DNA of 64,000 nucleotides from Minisyncoccota bacterium (GTDB taxonomy: Bacteria > Patescibacteriota > Minisyncoccia > Phycocordibacterales > UBA9973): positions 33,864 to 97,863 of the forward strand of contig JAGOQQ010000001.1 of assembly GCA_017991395.1 (NCBI GenBank), read 5' to 3'. Below the pieces are notes generated by a model. The model was not told the DNA's origin, made no database searches, and worked only from the letters and a program-made list of their open reading frames with translations. How positions within the stretch are numbered: position 1 is the stretch's first letter; the number at the start of each line of letters is the position of its first letter. Positions 8,247-18,275 of the stretch are shown here, in pieces. Made by a program: the position numbers and the translations under genes.

Positions 8247-9019
8247 TGGCCACCAATTTTTCGAAGTGCGTTTGCAAGTCCTTCTGGATAACGAGTCAGG
8301 AGTGCGCCGGATGCATCCGCGAGATATTCACGCCTTCGAGAAATTCCAAGCTGAAGCAACATACCAGCAATCGGCGCGAGTATTGCTGCTACGATTGCGA
8401 CGATCATCAAAATATTTCCACCTTTGTTGTCATTGTCTCGGCTTCCGCTTCCCCACATACCCATTCTCAAAAACACATCAGAAATAATACTAATAAATCC
8501 TACAAGCACGACTGCCACAGTAGATACAAGCATATCGCGATTGCCAATATGGGCGAGCTCATGTGCAATCACTCCTTCGAGTTCACTTCTATCCAATATA
8601 GACATAAGTCCAGTTGTCACTGCCACCACAGAGTGTTTTGGATCGCGTCCGGTTGCAAATGCGTTTGGAGCCGAATCTTGTACAATGTACACCTTAGGCA
8701 TTGGAAGCCCGGCAGTGATTGCAAGATTCTCCACGATTCGTATTAGCTCAATATCATTCTTTGGATCAGCCGGCTTTGCCCCAGCAAGAGAAACGACAAT
8801 TTTATCAGAAAACCAATACGAAGTAATATTCATTACAATTGCAAATATTACAAAAAAATAAAGGATTGTTGGGTCGCCATACACTTGCGAAAAAAGCAGT
8901 CCCAGTCCCACGACCACCATCAAAAACACGGTCATGAGTAGCCATGTTTTGCGAATATTTTGTGCTTGATGTGTGTAAAGTGTGGCCATATAAAAAGTGT
9001 TCTTATTCCAAATCAACAA
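8093..9019 (-). CDS. htpX: Zinc metalloprotease HtpX (peptidase M48)
   Basis: HELAHIGNRD (HEXXH), TM helices, M48 architecture. Start may be the Met at 8989. Confidence 0.85.
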   Translation of the reverse strand: MLIWNKNTFYMATLYTHQAQNIRKTWLLMTVFLMVVVGLGLLFSQVYGDPTILYFFVIFAIVMNITSYWFSDKIVVSLAGAKPADPKNDIELIRIVENLAITAGLPMPKVYIVQDSAPNAFATGRDPKHSVVAVTTGLMSILDRSELEGVIAHELAHIGNRDMLVSTVAVVLVGFISIISDVFLRMGMWGSGSRDNDNKGGNILMIVAIVAAILAPIAGMLLQLGISRRREYLADASGALLTRYPEGLANALRKIGGHSAPMKKQSTAIAHLYLADPKGKTSKMAQLFMTHPPMQSRINALLNIKDKS

Positions 9020-9289
9020 TTATTTCTTGAATGAATCAAGTCCGAGACCTGGTGCGTGACCGTCTATAATATTTCCGCGATCATCTGTCTTCACTACCAT
9101 AAAATCCTCATGCGTGTCAGCATTGTATACATTTGTTGTGACCGATACCAAATCCCCTTCCTTGTTGTATATTTCATAGCGAATTTGTTGACCATCTTGA
9201 TTCTTTACAGATACATGAAATTCACCTGATTGCGCTTCGGCAATGACCTCAATATTGTAATTTTTTTCTAACAGTTGTGTGTAGTTCAT
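9020..9289 (-). CDS. Small hypothetical protein (~89 aa)
   Basis: Likely start is MNYTQLLEKNYNIEV.... The ORF-track 5' extension overlaps the end of DUF2207 and is probably spurious. Confidence 0.4.
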   Translation of the reverse strand: MNYTQLLEKNYNIEVIAEAQSGEFHVSVKNQDGQQIRYEIYNKEGDLVSVTTNVYNADTHEDFMVVKTDDRGNIIDGHAPGLGLDSFKK

Positions 9290-9318
9290 TTGTGTAATCT
9301 TATACTTATAATACCATT

Positions 9319-11262
9319 TTACCAGCTCCCTCCTCCACCTCCTCCGCTTCCGCCCCCAGAAGAACCTCCACCGGATGAACCTGACGATCCACTCGATGAT
9401 GACGATCGTGGCGCAGTGGCACCAATTGACGCACTTGTACTCCGACTGAGTCCTGACAACCCTGTCGCAAACGAGTGCATTGTGAACGCTGAACCTGTAT
9501 CGGATACGAGCCATGCAGGTGGCTCTAGAACGATATTTTCAAATTCCGACACCCACTTTTTTTCGAGACCAAATGCCATCGCGTACGGCAACAATTTTTC
9601 AAAAAGTTCCGGAGTCTGTGCGGGTGCATTGGCAAAATTGATACGATCCTTTTCTGCAACTTTTATGTAGTATTTCAATCCTTCGACTTTTCGACGCAAC
9701 TGCATACCTTCATCAGTATAATCCAATATTTTTATGATCGACAACGACACAGACACCAATAACACAAATGCAGACACTATAAGCGCCCATTTCACACCAA
9801 AAAAACCCATTCCAAAGAAAAATACGAAACTCGCAAGAAATATATATTGAAATAATCCTTCAAGTCTACTATTTTTAAAACTTTTGTATTTAGAAAATAA
9901 TGTATGTTTTTTCGGATTAATAAACTGTTGATCAATCTCATTTTGATAATCACCGAGGGTTTGTGTCGCGAGCTCGTATGTCAAAACACCCATCTGTGAC
10001 TTCGTATTTAATTCCATTTTATTTTTGAGTTCCTCTAGTTCTTCTTGACCCATCGCAGATTTGATTACGTCTGGAATTTTATCAAAAATAGTATTCTCTT
10101 GAATATCAGCAACCTTTTCACCCGTAAGATGTAAAATAAGTCGTGTCTCATTTTGACTCAATTGAGATGTATCCTTTTCTTTGAGTGAAAATGAATACTT
10201 ACCATTTGCTTGATGAATTGTGATATATCCTCTCACTGCCAAATCTACCACCACAGACGAAACATCTTTCAGTCCTAAAAATCCGTTCATTAAATATTTT
10301 GCTTGTACGGGCGAGATGTCGGATGGAAGTGAGTATTCATGTATCAATGGGTGTGTACGATTGAACTTTTTTAGACGTACATATGCGCGAATTTTTTCTT
10401 TCAATAAAAACCATGCGAGAAAAATAGGAATTACTACTGGCCAATATGTGCGAAGCAAATACATATAGTAGTCTTCTCTATCAGGTCTCACCATCACACC
10501 GAGAGGAAACGAAAATGATGCAGTGATACCTTCGTACGGGTTCAACTCAGTCGTACTAAACATGAGTGTATTTGGATTGACCATGTTGAAAGCACCGCAC
10601 GAAGTATTCACGCCAAACGCTCCACAATAAAACGAAATTGACTCTTGATTGATTGGGGTGTTCTCTGGGAGGACGAAAGTAGCGGTGATATTTGAAATTG
10701 GAATATCCCAATCTACACCAATCATATTGAAATACACTTCATCAAAATTCTCAAAAAAACCAACAGAATTTTTTATTGAATAATCTAGAATATATGTATG
10801 CACGCCTTCAATAACAACATCCGGATCACCTATCTTTATGGTGAGATAGGCTGAATTGTCGGTGACATCAAACATGTACGACTGACCACTTGTATCAGTC
10901 ACGTCATGTATAGAAAACTCTACTTCTTTGTACTGCCCTCCTGCTTTGAATCCTGTCGGAATTGTACGAAAAATTCCATGTCTATCTGTACCCTCAAATT
11001 CATACTCAATTGTCTCTGTCACACGCACATCTCCAGACTCATCGAGTACAAACTGTACATCATATGACTGTATATGCTCAAATCCTTTCATTTCCTCACT
11101 AGAATTCAACACCCCTGTTTCATCTGCAGGATTTTGAGCATGTGCAAAATTTAGTGCCCCACAGAGAGCTATCAGCGCAAAAAATACTATCACTATTTTT
11201 ATGAAAAATAATCTGAATATATTTTGCTGATGGTTGGTAAAGTAACTGTGCATGCGTGTCAA
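9319..11262 (-). CDS. DUF2207-family membrane protein
   Basis: Signal/anchor, large extracytoplasmic domain, internal TM helices, and the C-terminal Gly/Ser-rich tail characteristic of the family (SSSSSGSSGSSGGGSSGGGSGGGGGGSW). Confidence 0.7.
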   Translation of the reverse strand: MTRMHSYFTNHQQNIFRLFFIKIVIVFFALIALCGALNFAHAQNPADETGVLNSSEEMKGFEHIQSYDVQFVLDESGDVRVTETIEYEFEGTDRHGIFRTIPTGFKAGGQYKEVEFSIHDVTDTSGQSYMFDVTDNSAYLTIKIGDPDVVIEGVHTYILDYSIKNSVGFFENFDEVYFNMIGVDWDIPISNITATFVLPENTPINQESISFYCGAFGVNTSCGAFNMVNPNTLMFSTTELNPYEGITASFSFPLGVMVRPDREDYYMYLLRTYWPVVIPIFLAWFLLKEKIRAYVRLKKFNRTHPLIHEYSLPSDISPVQAKYLMNGFLGLKDVSSVVVDLAVRGYITIHQANGKYSFSLKEKDTSQLSQNETRLILHLTGEKVADIQENTIFDKIPDVIKSAMGQEELEELKNKMELNTKSQMGVLTYELATQTLGDYQNEIDQQFINPKKHTLFSKYKSFKNSRLEGLFQYIFLASFVFFFGMGFFGVKWALIVSAFVLLVSVSLSIIKILDYTDEGMQLRRKVEGLKYYIKVAEKDRINFANAPAQTPELFEKLLPYAMAFGLEKKWVSEFENIVLEPPAWLVSDTGSAFTMHSFATGLSGLSRSTSASIGATAPRSSSSSGSSGSSGGGSSGGGSGGGGGGSW

Positions 11263-11265
11263 AAA

Positions 11266-11943
11266 TTAAAGTGAGAAATTCATTGTATTCCAATACCATT
11301 GACCATTTTTTAGTTCAAACGCCATCCAATTGTCAGATTGATTTGTTGTCTTGACGGTCATATCATCACCTGTTGGGAAATTCATCACATACAACGTGGG
11401 TGTATTTGAAACACTATCGAACTGTATATCCCATTGTACTTCTGGCTGACGAAGATTTAGTTCATTCACCTGCTTAAACACTATAAACATCTTACTAGCG
11501 TCTTCTTTCGTTATAAGTTCATTCTCTTTTTTTAGATTATCTAGACCTACTTCTTTTGCGTACGCCTCGAGTCCTTCCAGGTCCCCAGACTCAAGTAGTG
11601 TGCGAATCTTCATGAAATTTTTGATTGCATGATCAATAGTAGCTTGTGTAACCGGCTCTCCTACTTTTGTTGAGATTGTACTTGAATCAACTGATTGTAC
11701 TTGTTGTTGATTGTTTGAATTTTGTGTATCCATAGTGTTTGTGATGTTTCCCTCAATATTTTGCGCATCGTTTTGTGCGCTATTTTTTACAATAGTATAG
11801 CCAAAAAATATGACACCTGCTAAAACCATTATTATAATAATAAATTTACTATTTATTCCTCGCACCTTTTCCGGTTGTGCCGGTGGAATGCTTGATGATT
11901 GAGTAAGATTTTCTTCCATATGATTATATTTTTCCTGCATCAA
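11266..11943 (-). CDS. Hypothetical N-anchored protein
   Basis: ORF with a single N-terminal TM (FIIIIMVLAGVIFFGYTIV) and an N/Q/S-rich linker. Confidence 0.45.
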   Translation of the reverse strand: MMQEKYNHMEENLTQSSSIPPAQPEKVRGINSKFIIIIMVLAGVIFFGYTIVKNSAQNDAQNIEGNITNTMDTQNSNNQQQVQSVDSSTISTKVGEPVTQATIDHAIKNFMKIRTLLESGDLEGLEAYAKEVGLDNLKKENELITKEDASKMFIVFKQVNELNLRQPEVQWDIQFDSVSNTPTLYVMNFPTGDDMTVKTTNQSDNWMAFELKNGQWYWNTMNFSL

Positions 11944-12589
11944 GTGACTTTTGCATAGCTTCTTTCAAATTTATTGAATCAAGCTGTGTCAGATCCACAT
12001 ACCATACACCTTCAATTTTTGCATAAGAAATTTCAACGTTACCCTTTATTGGGCCAATGTAGCCATTCTCTTTTGCATTCTTGATTAGCTCGTCGATATT
12101 TTCCTGAAATAGTACGTATTTCAAACTACACTTTGCCACAGCATTTTCACCGCTATCTATTTGTTCAAATGTACATGACTCGCCTGCGTCGAGTGGTGCC
12201 GAATACTCACTATACTTCAAACGACTAAGTGGCCACTTCAAACCATCCCAAAGACTTCCATCTTCATGCATTGCGCGAAGTTGTTTCTCTTTATCAGTTT
12301 GAACTTCTTCTGACACACCCTTTTTCGTCGCAACTAGTTTATACACTAAGACATAATTTTCAATATCTTTATTTTCTAGTGCCATTGTCAGGCTTTCGGT
12401 CGCGGCCGCGATTCCCTTCAAATCCCATTCTTCAAGGGTGAAATCGGACTTACTCTCTTCTTCGAGTTTTATTAAGTTTAAATTTTGAGACATTGTTGTA
12501 GTGTTGTTCGAATTAGTAAAATAATAAAATACGCCCGCTATCGCAATGAGCCCTACAATAGTTAAAATAGTTTTGGTAATTGTATTCAT
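11924..12589 (-). CDS. Hypothetical N-anchored protein
   Basis: N-terminal TM (ILTIVGLIAIAGVFYYF). 20-nt overlap with the downstream ORF. Confidence 0.45.
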   Translation of the reverse strand: MNTITKTILTIVGLIAIAGVFYYFTNSNNTTTMSQNLNLIKLEEESKSDFTLEEWDLKGIAAATESLTMALENKDIENYVLVYKLVATKKGVSEEVQTDKEKQLRAMHEDGSLWDGLKWPLSRLKYSEYSAPLDAGESCTFEQIDSGENAVAKCSLKYVLFQENIDELIKNAKENGYIGPIKGNVEISYAKIEGVWYVDLTQLDSINLKEAMQKSLDAGKI

Positions 12590-12625
12590 TTAAATCTATT
12601 ATTGCACACTTATAAATGCGAAAAA

Positions 12626-13153
12626 TTAGTTTGCAAAATCTGCATCATCACATTCAATTCGCGCCACTGCATTTGTTGCTTCACTTGTATCAGTGTTTAC
12701 AAAGTCACCTTCAGAAACTGCGGTGAGTGCGACTTTGCATAAATTCTTCTTATCAAACGCATTTTTCTCTGGATGTGGGTTTATTTCAATTCGAAGAATA
12801 TTGGTTCCCTCCTTGAGATACGAAGAACTTATTGGTATTGATGCTGCAGACCCAAAAAGCGGATCACCATCATCAATCAGGTTTTCATTAACATATATTT
12901 TGTATGCGAGCGCCCCTCCGAAGGTATTTGGGAGTGCATAATTGAGTGCCATTGTTTCCTTGTCCAATTCAAACTCTTGCTGTTTTATTATTTTTGCAGA
13001 TGAGTCATAGGCAGATTGCGTGTTCTCACTTTCGTTGTTGTTGTTCATAAATAGTTCAGAATTATTTAATAAATAGCCACCTACTGCAATGAGTGCAATA
13101 ACCAGCAATATTTTTGGGATACTGTTACCTTTTTGGGAATACATAGTCGACAT
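12626..13153 (-). CDS. Hypothetical N-anchored protein
   Basis: N-terminal TM (ILLVIALIAVGGYLL). Confidence 0.45.
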   Translation of the reverse strand: MSTMYSQKGNSIPKILLVIALIAVGGYLLNNSELFMNNNNESENTQSAYDSSAKIIKQQEFELDKETMALNYALPNTFGGALAYKIYVNENLIDDGDPLFGSAASIPISSSYLKEGTNILRIEINPHPEKNAFDKKNLCKVALTAVSEGDFVNTDTSEATNAVARIECDDADFAN

Positions 13154-13218
13154 AAAAAATAAATAATTATTCTATTATATTTAATTTTGAATTATTGTTT
13201 TGCATATTAGTAAGTGTT

Positions 13219-13800
13219 TTAGAAAATCTTCACAGAATCAATCACGGATAGATTTAAGTTATTAATATCTCCATAAAATTCAAGTGTTTTATAACTTGAA
13301 CCGTTTAACTTAAACATTACATGAAATTTATTTGATTCGTATGCATCTTGTGTATATCGGTATGAAATTCCGTTACTATTAGTCTTATTGCTTATGAATG
13401 TTCCGAGTACAGGTTGAAATGAGTACTGACCACTTTCAGCATCTGACAATTCGTCTGTAGTGGGTGTTCCAAACACTAAACCTGAAGAAGAGAACGATCC
13501 GATAAATTGCTTACTACCGTCTTGGTTTGTCAAAAACTTTTCTTTAACTTCTCCATAAGCCGGTGGGTACATAAACGAAATACCAACCTGATCATTAGTG
13601 TATTGGACTAAATTATTTTGTGGTTGATAGTCTGATTCCGCAGTATTATTTGTAGTTTGTGCTTGTCCAGCTGGAGACTGGAGTTGCTGATCAATAACAA
13701 TCTGATCAGATTTTAGCTTAGAAAAAACCATATATATAAGGAATCCGATTACAATCACAAGAAGTACGATAACTATTGGGTTTGTTTTATTGTTTTGCAT
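13219..13800 (-). CDS. Hypothetical N-anchored protein, paralog of 14459..15022
   Basis: MQNNKTNPIVIVLLVIVIGFLIYMVF here versus MENNKPNPIVIVLLVIAVALLAYIAF in the neighbour. Confidence 0.5.
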   Translation of the reverse strand: MQNNKTNPIVIVLLVIVIGFLIYMVFSKLKSDQIVIDQQLQSPAGQAQTTNNTAESDYQPQNNLVQYTNDQVGISFMYPPAYGEVKEKFLTNQDGSKQFIGSFSSSGLVFGTPTTDELSDAESGQYSFQPVLGTFISNKTNSNGISYRYTQDAYESNKFHVMFKLNGSSYKTLEFYGDINNLNLSVIDSVKIF

Positions 13801-13833
13801 TTTTATAAATTACTTAAGTCTTGTTTTTAACTC

Positions 13834-14457
13834 TTATGCTGCCTGTATTAAATTACTTTTTCTATTTGAAATTCCAAAGAACAATAGCACAGCAAAAATA
13901 CCACCGAGTGTGTCTGAGAGCATATCTTTTTGCGCATCCCAAATATCACCTTGACTTCCAAGCACTGCGAGTCCTGCGGTTGGATCTGAATTCACTGCAT
14001 ACCACCATTCAAAAAGCTCATAGACCGCTGCAACTGAAATGATTATACAAAGTGCAAAAAATCCTGCTTGAATTTTTGTCTTCACGATACTTCGTGAGCG
14101 TAAATATTCCATAATTGGAAATGCATAAAATCCGACTGCAAAATGCCCTATTCTATCGTAATTATTTCTCGCGAATCCGAAAGCTTGTGATACTGCATCA
14201 AACGGTACTCGTTCAAAGGTATAGTGTCCGCCGATTGTGTGCATGAAAATCAACACACTCATCAAGACATAAGACAACGAAGAAAATCTAACACCTCGAA
14301 ACCAAAGTATTACGAGAAAAACTACAATAGGAATAATTGTCATATTTTCTGCAAACCATACAGAACGGTCAAATGGATTAATGGCTAAAATTGAAAAAAG
14401 AACAACGTAAATTGCAAGAAGTGTTGCTGAAACTTTTTTTGAATAATTGTTTTCCAT
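13834..14457 (-). CDS. DUF2238-family (YjdF-like) membrane protein
   Basis: MHTIGGHYTFERVPF...DRIGHF motif typical of DUF2238. Start is probably the Met at 14457. Confidence 0.55.
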   Translation of the reverse strand: MENNYSKKVSATLLAIYVVLFSILAINPFDRSVWFAENMTIIPIVVFLVILWFRGVRFSSLSYVLMSVLIFMHTIGGHYTFERVPFDAVSQAFGFARNNYDRIGHFAVGFYAFPIMEYLRSRSIVKTKIQAGFFALCIIISVAAVYELFEWWYAVNSDPTAGLAVLGSQGDIWDAQKDMLSDTLGGIFAVLLFFGISNRKSNLIQAA

Positions 14458-14458
14458 G

Positions 14459-15022
14459 CTATTTAACAAGGATTGAAGAATAATCAATCATTGATCCACC
14501 TTCTGAGTCATCAGTTATAGTTAGTCCGTAGTCACCAAAGTCAATCCATGCAATTATTTGTTTGGGCCCATTTTGGAATTGTTTAACCGTGTATGATCCA
14601 TAATTTTTTGCACCCAGATATGTTGCAGTTGATGAAGAAGTTCCATTTTCAAGTTCAGAAAATAGTGCACGATGTTGCGCGAGTGCATTAACTGGAATCT
14701 CAATTACATAAAACCTAATATTGTCGTTACTGTCGAGAAACATAACAAATGACGAATCTTCTTCTGGGCGTGCATTATACGGGGTCAGACTGTTTGAATA
14801 ATTGAAGCTGATAGTTTTTCCCGTTTTTGTACTTTTTTTCACAAATGAAGCAAGATTGTTTGCTTGATTATTTTGACCAGTTGAATTTCCCTGATTTTGA
14901 GAATTCACTTCTTGAATCTGTTTTTGTTCGTTGTTATCCTTTCCGAATGCGATATATGCAAGTAATGCAACAGCGATCACAAGGAGTACGATAACTATTG
15001 GGTTTGGTTTATTGTTTTCCAT
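14459..15022 (-). CDS. Hypothetical N-anchored protein, paralog of 13219..13800
   Basis: Shared N-terminal anchor (see 13219..13800) followed by an N/Q-rich linker. Confidence 0.5.
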   Translation of the reverse strand: MENNKPNPIVIVLLVIAVALLAYIAFGKDNNEQKQIQEVNSQNQGNSTGQNNQANNLASFVKKSTKTGKTISFNYSNSLTPYNARPEEDSSFVMFLDSNDNIRFYVIEIPVNALAQHRALFSELENGTSSSTATYLGAKNYGSYTVKQFQNGPKQIIAWIDFGDYGLTITDDSEGGSMIDYSSILVK

Positions 15023-15031
15023 AAAAAATAA

Positions 15032-15562
15032 CTATTCTATTATTATTGGTATTTGGATACTTTTAATTGGCTTGCCTGATTCTCCGCCTGATGGATCGTC
15101 TTGTTTGATTTCAAAATATGCATTTCCTTTTGGAAGTCCTGTGAAGTCGATGTTGCCTTCAAACGCAACACCTTCCACTGTCATCCAATCTGTCGTTGCC
15201 ACCCCATTACTTTGTTTCAACACTTTTTTATTTGAATCCAAAATATTTATCAATACATTTGCTTCAAAAAAATATCCTCCTTTGAGCTCGCCTCGATACG
15301 AGAGTATTCCTTTCACTTTGGACATTGGACGAATTGAAAAAGATACAAGATTGCCTTTGTCTCCCAAAATTCCCTCTTTGTCTGAAAGTGGTGGAAGTGT
15401 GGTGTCTATTGATTCAGTTTCGGTGGTGTTATTTTCTGTTGGAAAATAAACTTCTTTATTTTGAAACATAAATCGAAGTGCAATTACCATCAACACAATC
15501 AAAATGAGGAGTAAGACACTATTTAATTTTGAACCAAAAAACCAACATTTCTTTTCTTCCAT
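15032..15562 (-). CDS. Hypothetical N-anchored protein
   Basis: N-terminal TM (VLLLILIVLMVIALRFMF). Confidence 0.45.
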   Translation of the reverse strand: MEEKKCWFFGSKLNSVLLLILIVLMVIALRFMFQNKEVYFPTENNTTETESIDTTLPPLSDKEGILGDKGNLVSFSIRPMSKVKGILSYRGELKGGYFFEANVLINILDSNKKVLKQSNGVATTDWMTVEGVAFEGNIDFTGLPKGNAYFEIKQDDPSGGESGKPIKSIQIPIIIE

Positions 15563-15567
15563 ACAAT

Positions 15568-16119
15568 TTAGAACTTCACTTCCACATTATTCTTCGCTGC
15601 ATCCCCTTCATCAAGATCAAAGTATTCTTGTTTAGAAAATCCAAAGAACTTTGCGATGATATTTCCAGGAAATACTTCTACACGAGTATTCAAATCTCGC
15701 GCGTTTCCATTGTAAAAACGGCGTGATGCTTGAATTTTGTTTTCTGTATCAGAAAGTTCACGCTGAAGTTCGAGGAAGTTTGTGTTTGCTTTCAAATCTG
15801 GGTACGCCTCAGAGATAGCAAAGAGAGATTTCAAAGTTCCAGAAAGCATATTTTCTGCTTCACCTTTGTCGTGAGGATTGTTGCCTGCTTGCATAGCTCG
15901 TGATCGAGCTTCTGTCACTTTTTCAAATGCTGAAGATTCGTGAGTGGCATATCCTTTGACAGTGTTCACGAGATTTGGAATCAAGTCATAACGACGCTTG
16001 AGCTGAACATCAATATCTGCCCATGCCTCTTTTGTACGATTGATTGCACCAACAAAACCATTGTAAGAAACAATTGCCCACAAAATCACCGCACCAATAA
16101 TTATATAAAAGATAATCAT
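15568..16119 (-). CDS. lemA: LemA family protein
   Basis: N-terminal TM plus conserved LemA segments (RRYDLIPNLV, EAYPDLKAN, RRFYNGNARDLNTRVEVFPGNIIAKFFGF). Confidence 0.8.
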   Translation of the reverse strand: MIIFYIIIGAVILWAIVSYNGFVGAINRTKEAWADIDVQLKRRYDLIPNLVNTVKGYATHESSAFEKVTEARSRAMQAGNNPHDKGEAENMLSGTLKSLFAISEAYPDLKANTNFLELQRELSDTENKIQASRRFYNGNARDLNTRVEVFPGNIIAKFFGFSKQEYFDLDEGDAAKNNVEVKF

Positions 16120-16175
16120 ACTTTTTTAAGTTAATTAATACACTAAAATTATATCACATTTCTCAAAGTAAAGAG

Positions 16176-16204
16176 TTGACATATCTGTGAATATCTAGTA
16201 TTAT
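16176..16204 (+). promoter_or_regulatory. Sigma70-like promoter for the 16222 gene
   Basis: TTGACA - 17 nt - TATTAT, ~20 nt upstream of the ATG. Confidence 0.5.
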
Positions 16205-16221
16205 TTGACAAAACGATCAAC

Positions 16222-16515
16222 ATGAAAACAGGACACATGGTACTTGAGTATCTCAAGAGAGATATTGGGAACTTCAAAAATGAGCTTCTCGACGCAGATG
16301 CAATCACGGCACAAGTCGCCAAAGAGAGATTTGGCGCATTGTTTAAAAAGCATTATCAAATGCTCCCTGCCGGAGAATTGTGGTTAACACTTTTTGATAA
16401 AGAAGTCATACCACTGTTTTACTTTATAAAAGAAAACAGGGGTGACATCTTTGAATCTCGGGAAAGAACTGACACGATTATCTGGAATTCATATCGAGAC
16501 ACGGTAATTTCTTGA
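16222..16515 (+). CDS. Hypothetical protein (97 aa)
   Basis: ORF with a consensus promoter upstream. No recognised motif. Confidence 0.4.
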   Translation: MKTGHMVLEYLKRDIGNFKNELLDADAITAQVAKERFGALFKKHYQMLPAGELWLTLFDKEVIPLFYFIKENRGDIFESRERTDTIIWNSYRDTVIS

Positions 16516-16601
16516 TATCTAAATGCATCTCAAAACTCACACTTTTGAAACGAACACCCTGAACAGAAAAAATCTCACACACGAACCTTAAAAACCTACA
16601 G

Positions 16602-17264
16602 ATGAAACAACCAAACCGCGAATCAATACTACTTGTAGTTGAAATACTACTCGCACTAATACTGCTTGTGTATTTCAGGGATGATTACCAAACATCGATA
16701 ATTGTCTCTATCCTTACTTCTATGTTTCTCGGAATTCACATAGTCACAGAACCGGAAATATACAAACTCGTCACCAACAAGACTGCGTACTGGCTCACAA
16801 TCACACTCACAATCATGACTCTTGTGATTGTAGGTCAGCAATACTATATTTTTTTTGGCGAGAAAGAGATATTGTTTATAAAACTTTATAATCTCACTAC
16901 AACAATTGCGTTACTGTTAGCTATTCTTTCACTTGGCATACAATTTGGATTATATACTGTTGCGCATTTTGTGCACTATATCATAAAGAGAAAGTCTCGC
17001 ATCTCACGTGGTTGGTGCAACATACAAGAACCACTTCTGCGAGGACTACTCTTGATACGTGTTGGCAGAAAAATGGGAACAGTTCGTCCCAATTATGACG
17101 ATGATCTATTTGTTGCACCAAGAAAATTGCCAAACATATCTGAGTACAGAGTACTAGATGCAGGAAAACAATATCCAGCAGACAAACCCCAAAAATTCTT
17201 TTATTCAGTCTTTCATAAAATAAACGAGATGAAAAATGAACTCAAAAATTCGTTTTCATCATAG
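16602..17264 (+). CDS. Hypothetical polytopic membrane protein
   Basis: About 5 TM segments. No recognised motif. Confidence 0.45.
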   Translation: MKQPNRESILLVVEILLALILLVYFRDDYQTSIIVSILTSMFLGIHIVTEPEIYKLVTNKTAYWLTITLTIMTLVIVGQQYYIFFGEKEILFIKLYNLTTTIALLLAILSLGIQFGLYTVAHFVHYIIKRKSRISRGWCNIQEPLLRGLLLIRVGRKMGTVRPNYDDDLFVAPRKLPNISEYRVLDAGKQYPADKPQKFFYSVFHKINEMKNELKNSFSS

Positions 17265-17275
17265 TGAAAATAGCA

Positions 17276-17310
17276 AAAAGCCGTCATTATCCAATGACGG
17301 CTTTCTTTTT
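17276..17310. terminator. Bidirectional terminator between the 16602 gene and secF
   Basis: aaaaagccgtcattatccaatgacggctttctttttt. Confidence 0.6.
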
Positions 17311-18218
17311 TATTTGTTCTTATCTGATTTTTGCTCTATTGCTACGAGCAACGGCGACGCCAGGAATATACTTGAGTATGTTCCAAAAAACATTCCGACT
17401 GTGAGTATGAGGGCAAAATATCGAGTAGTTTCTGGTCCAAAAATAAGCAGTGCGAGAAGTACCAATATTACAGTAAGTGACGTATTGATAGACCGTGTAA
17501 ATGTTTGAGAAATACTTTTTCCAACTGTATTCTCAAATTTTTCTATAATTTTATTGTTGTTATTGAACGCGAGGTTTTCTCGAATTCTATCAAACACTAC
17601 AATGGTATCTGAGATTGAAAGTCCCAATACCGTAAGGAGTGCAACTACAAAGAGTGTATCCATTTCTGCACCAAAGACATGTGAGACAAGTGCAAACACT
17701 CCAGCTGAAATCACCACGTCATGCACAAGCGCAACCATTGCAATCACACCATACTTCCAAGACGAAACTGGCTCAGAAACTTTTCGAAATGCGTATGCAA
17801 TAAATGACACAATCACGAGTATCACCAGTACGATTGAGACAATTGATTTTCGTGCAAGTTCTTTTCCTACTGATGGTCCAATTGTTGTAAAATTCTTCTC
17901 TTCGACTTTTACAGTACCATTGAGTGAAAGTATGTTCATCAATTCTTTTCGCTCTGATTCGGTGAGAGAATGAGTCTTGACGATGAATCCATTTTCTCCT
18001 GCTGGCTGTACGAGCGCGGACTTGATTGAACTTTTTTCGATACCCTCTGTGATTTTTGACTGCTCAGGTCGAGCATCAGGATACACCACCTCTGCAAGTG
18101 CCCCGCCCTTGAATTCGATGCCGGGCTTAAGTCCAAATACAACAAGCATTGTTATTGATGCAAGTACAAACACTGCTGAAATTCCTAAAAATATTTTTCT
18201 GTTTCGAATGATAAACAT
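17310..18218 (-). CDS. secF: Protein translocase subunit SecF
   Basis: SecF topology and conserved segments (N-terminal TM, periplasmic loop, C-terminal 5-TM bundle). Lies immediately downstream of secD. Confidence 0.85.
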   Translation of the reverse strand: MFIIRNRKIFLGISAVFVLASITMLVVFGLKPGIEFKGGALAEVVYPDARPEQSKITEGIEKSSIKSALVQPAGENGFIVKTHSLTESERKELMNILSLNGTVKVEEKNFTTIGPSVGKELARKSIVSIVLVILVIVSFIAYAFRKVSEPVSSWKYGVIAMVALVHDVVISAGVFALVSHVFGAEMDTLFVVALLTVLGLSISDTIVVFDRIRENLAFNNNNKIIEKFENTVGKSISQTFTRSINTSLTVILVLLALLIFGPETTRYFALILTVGMFFGTYSSIFLASPLLVAIEQKSDKNK

Positions 18219-18275
18219 ATATGGTAGTTAGTAGATAGTAGTAAGTGCGTAAATAGTGTGCCTAGAAAATCAAAT

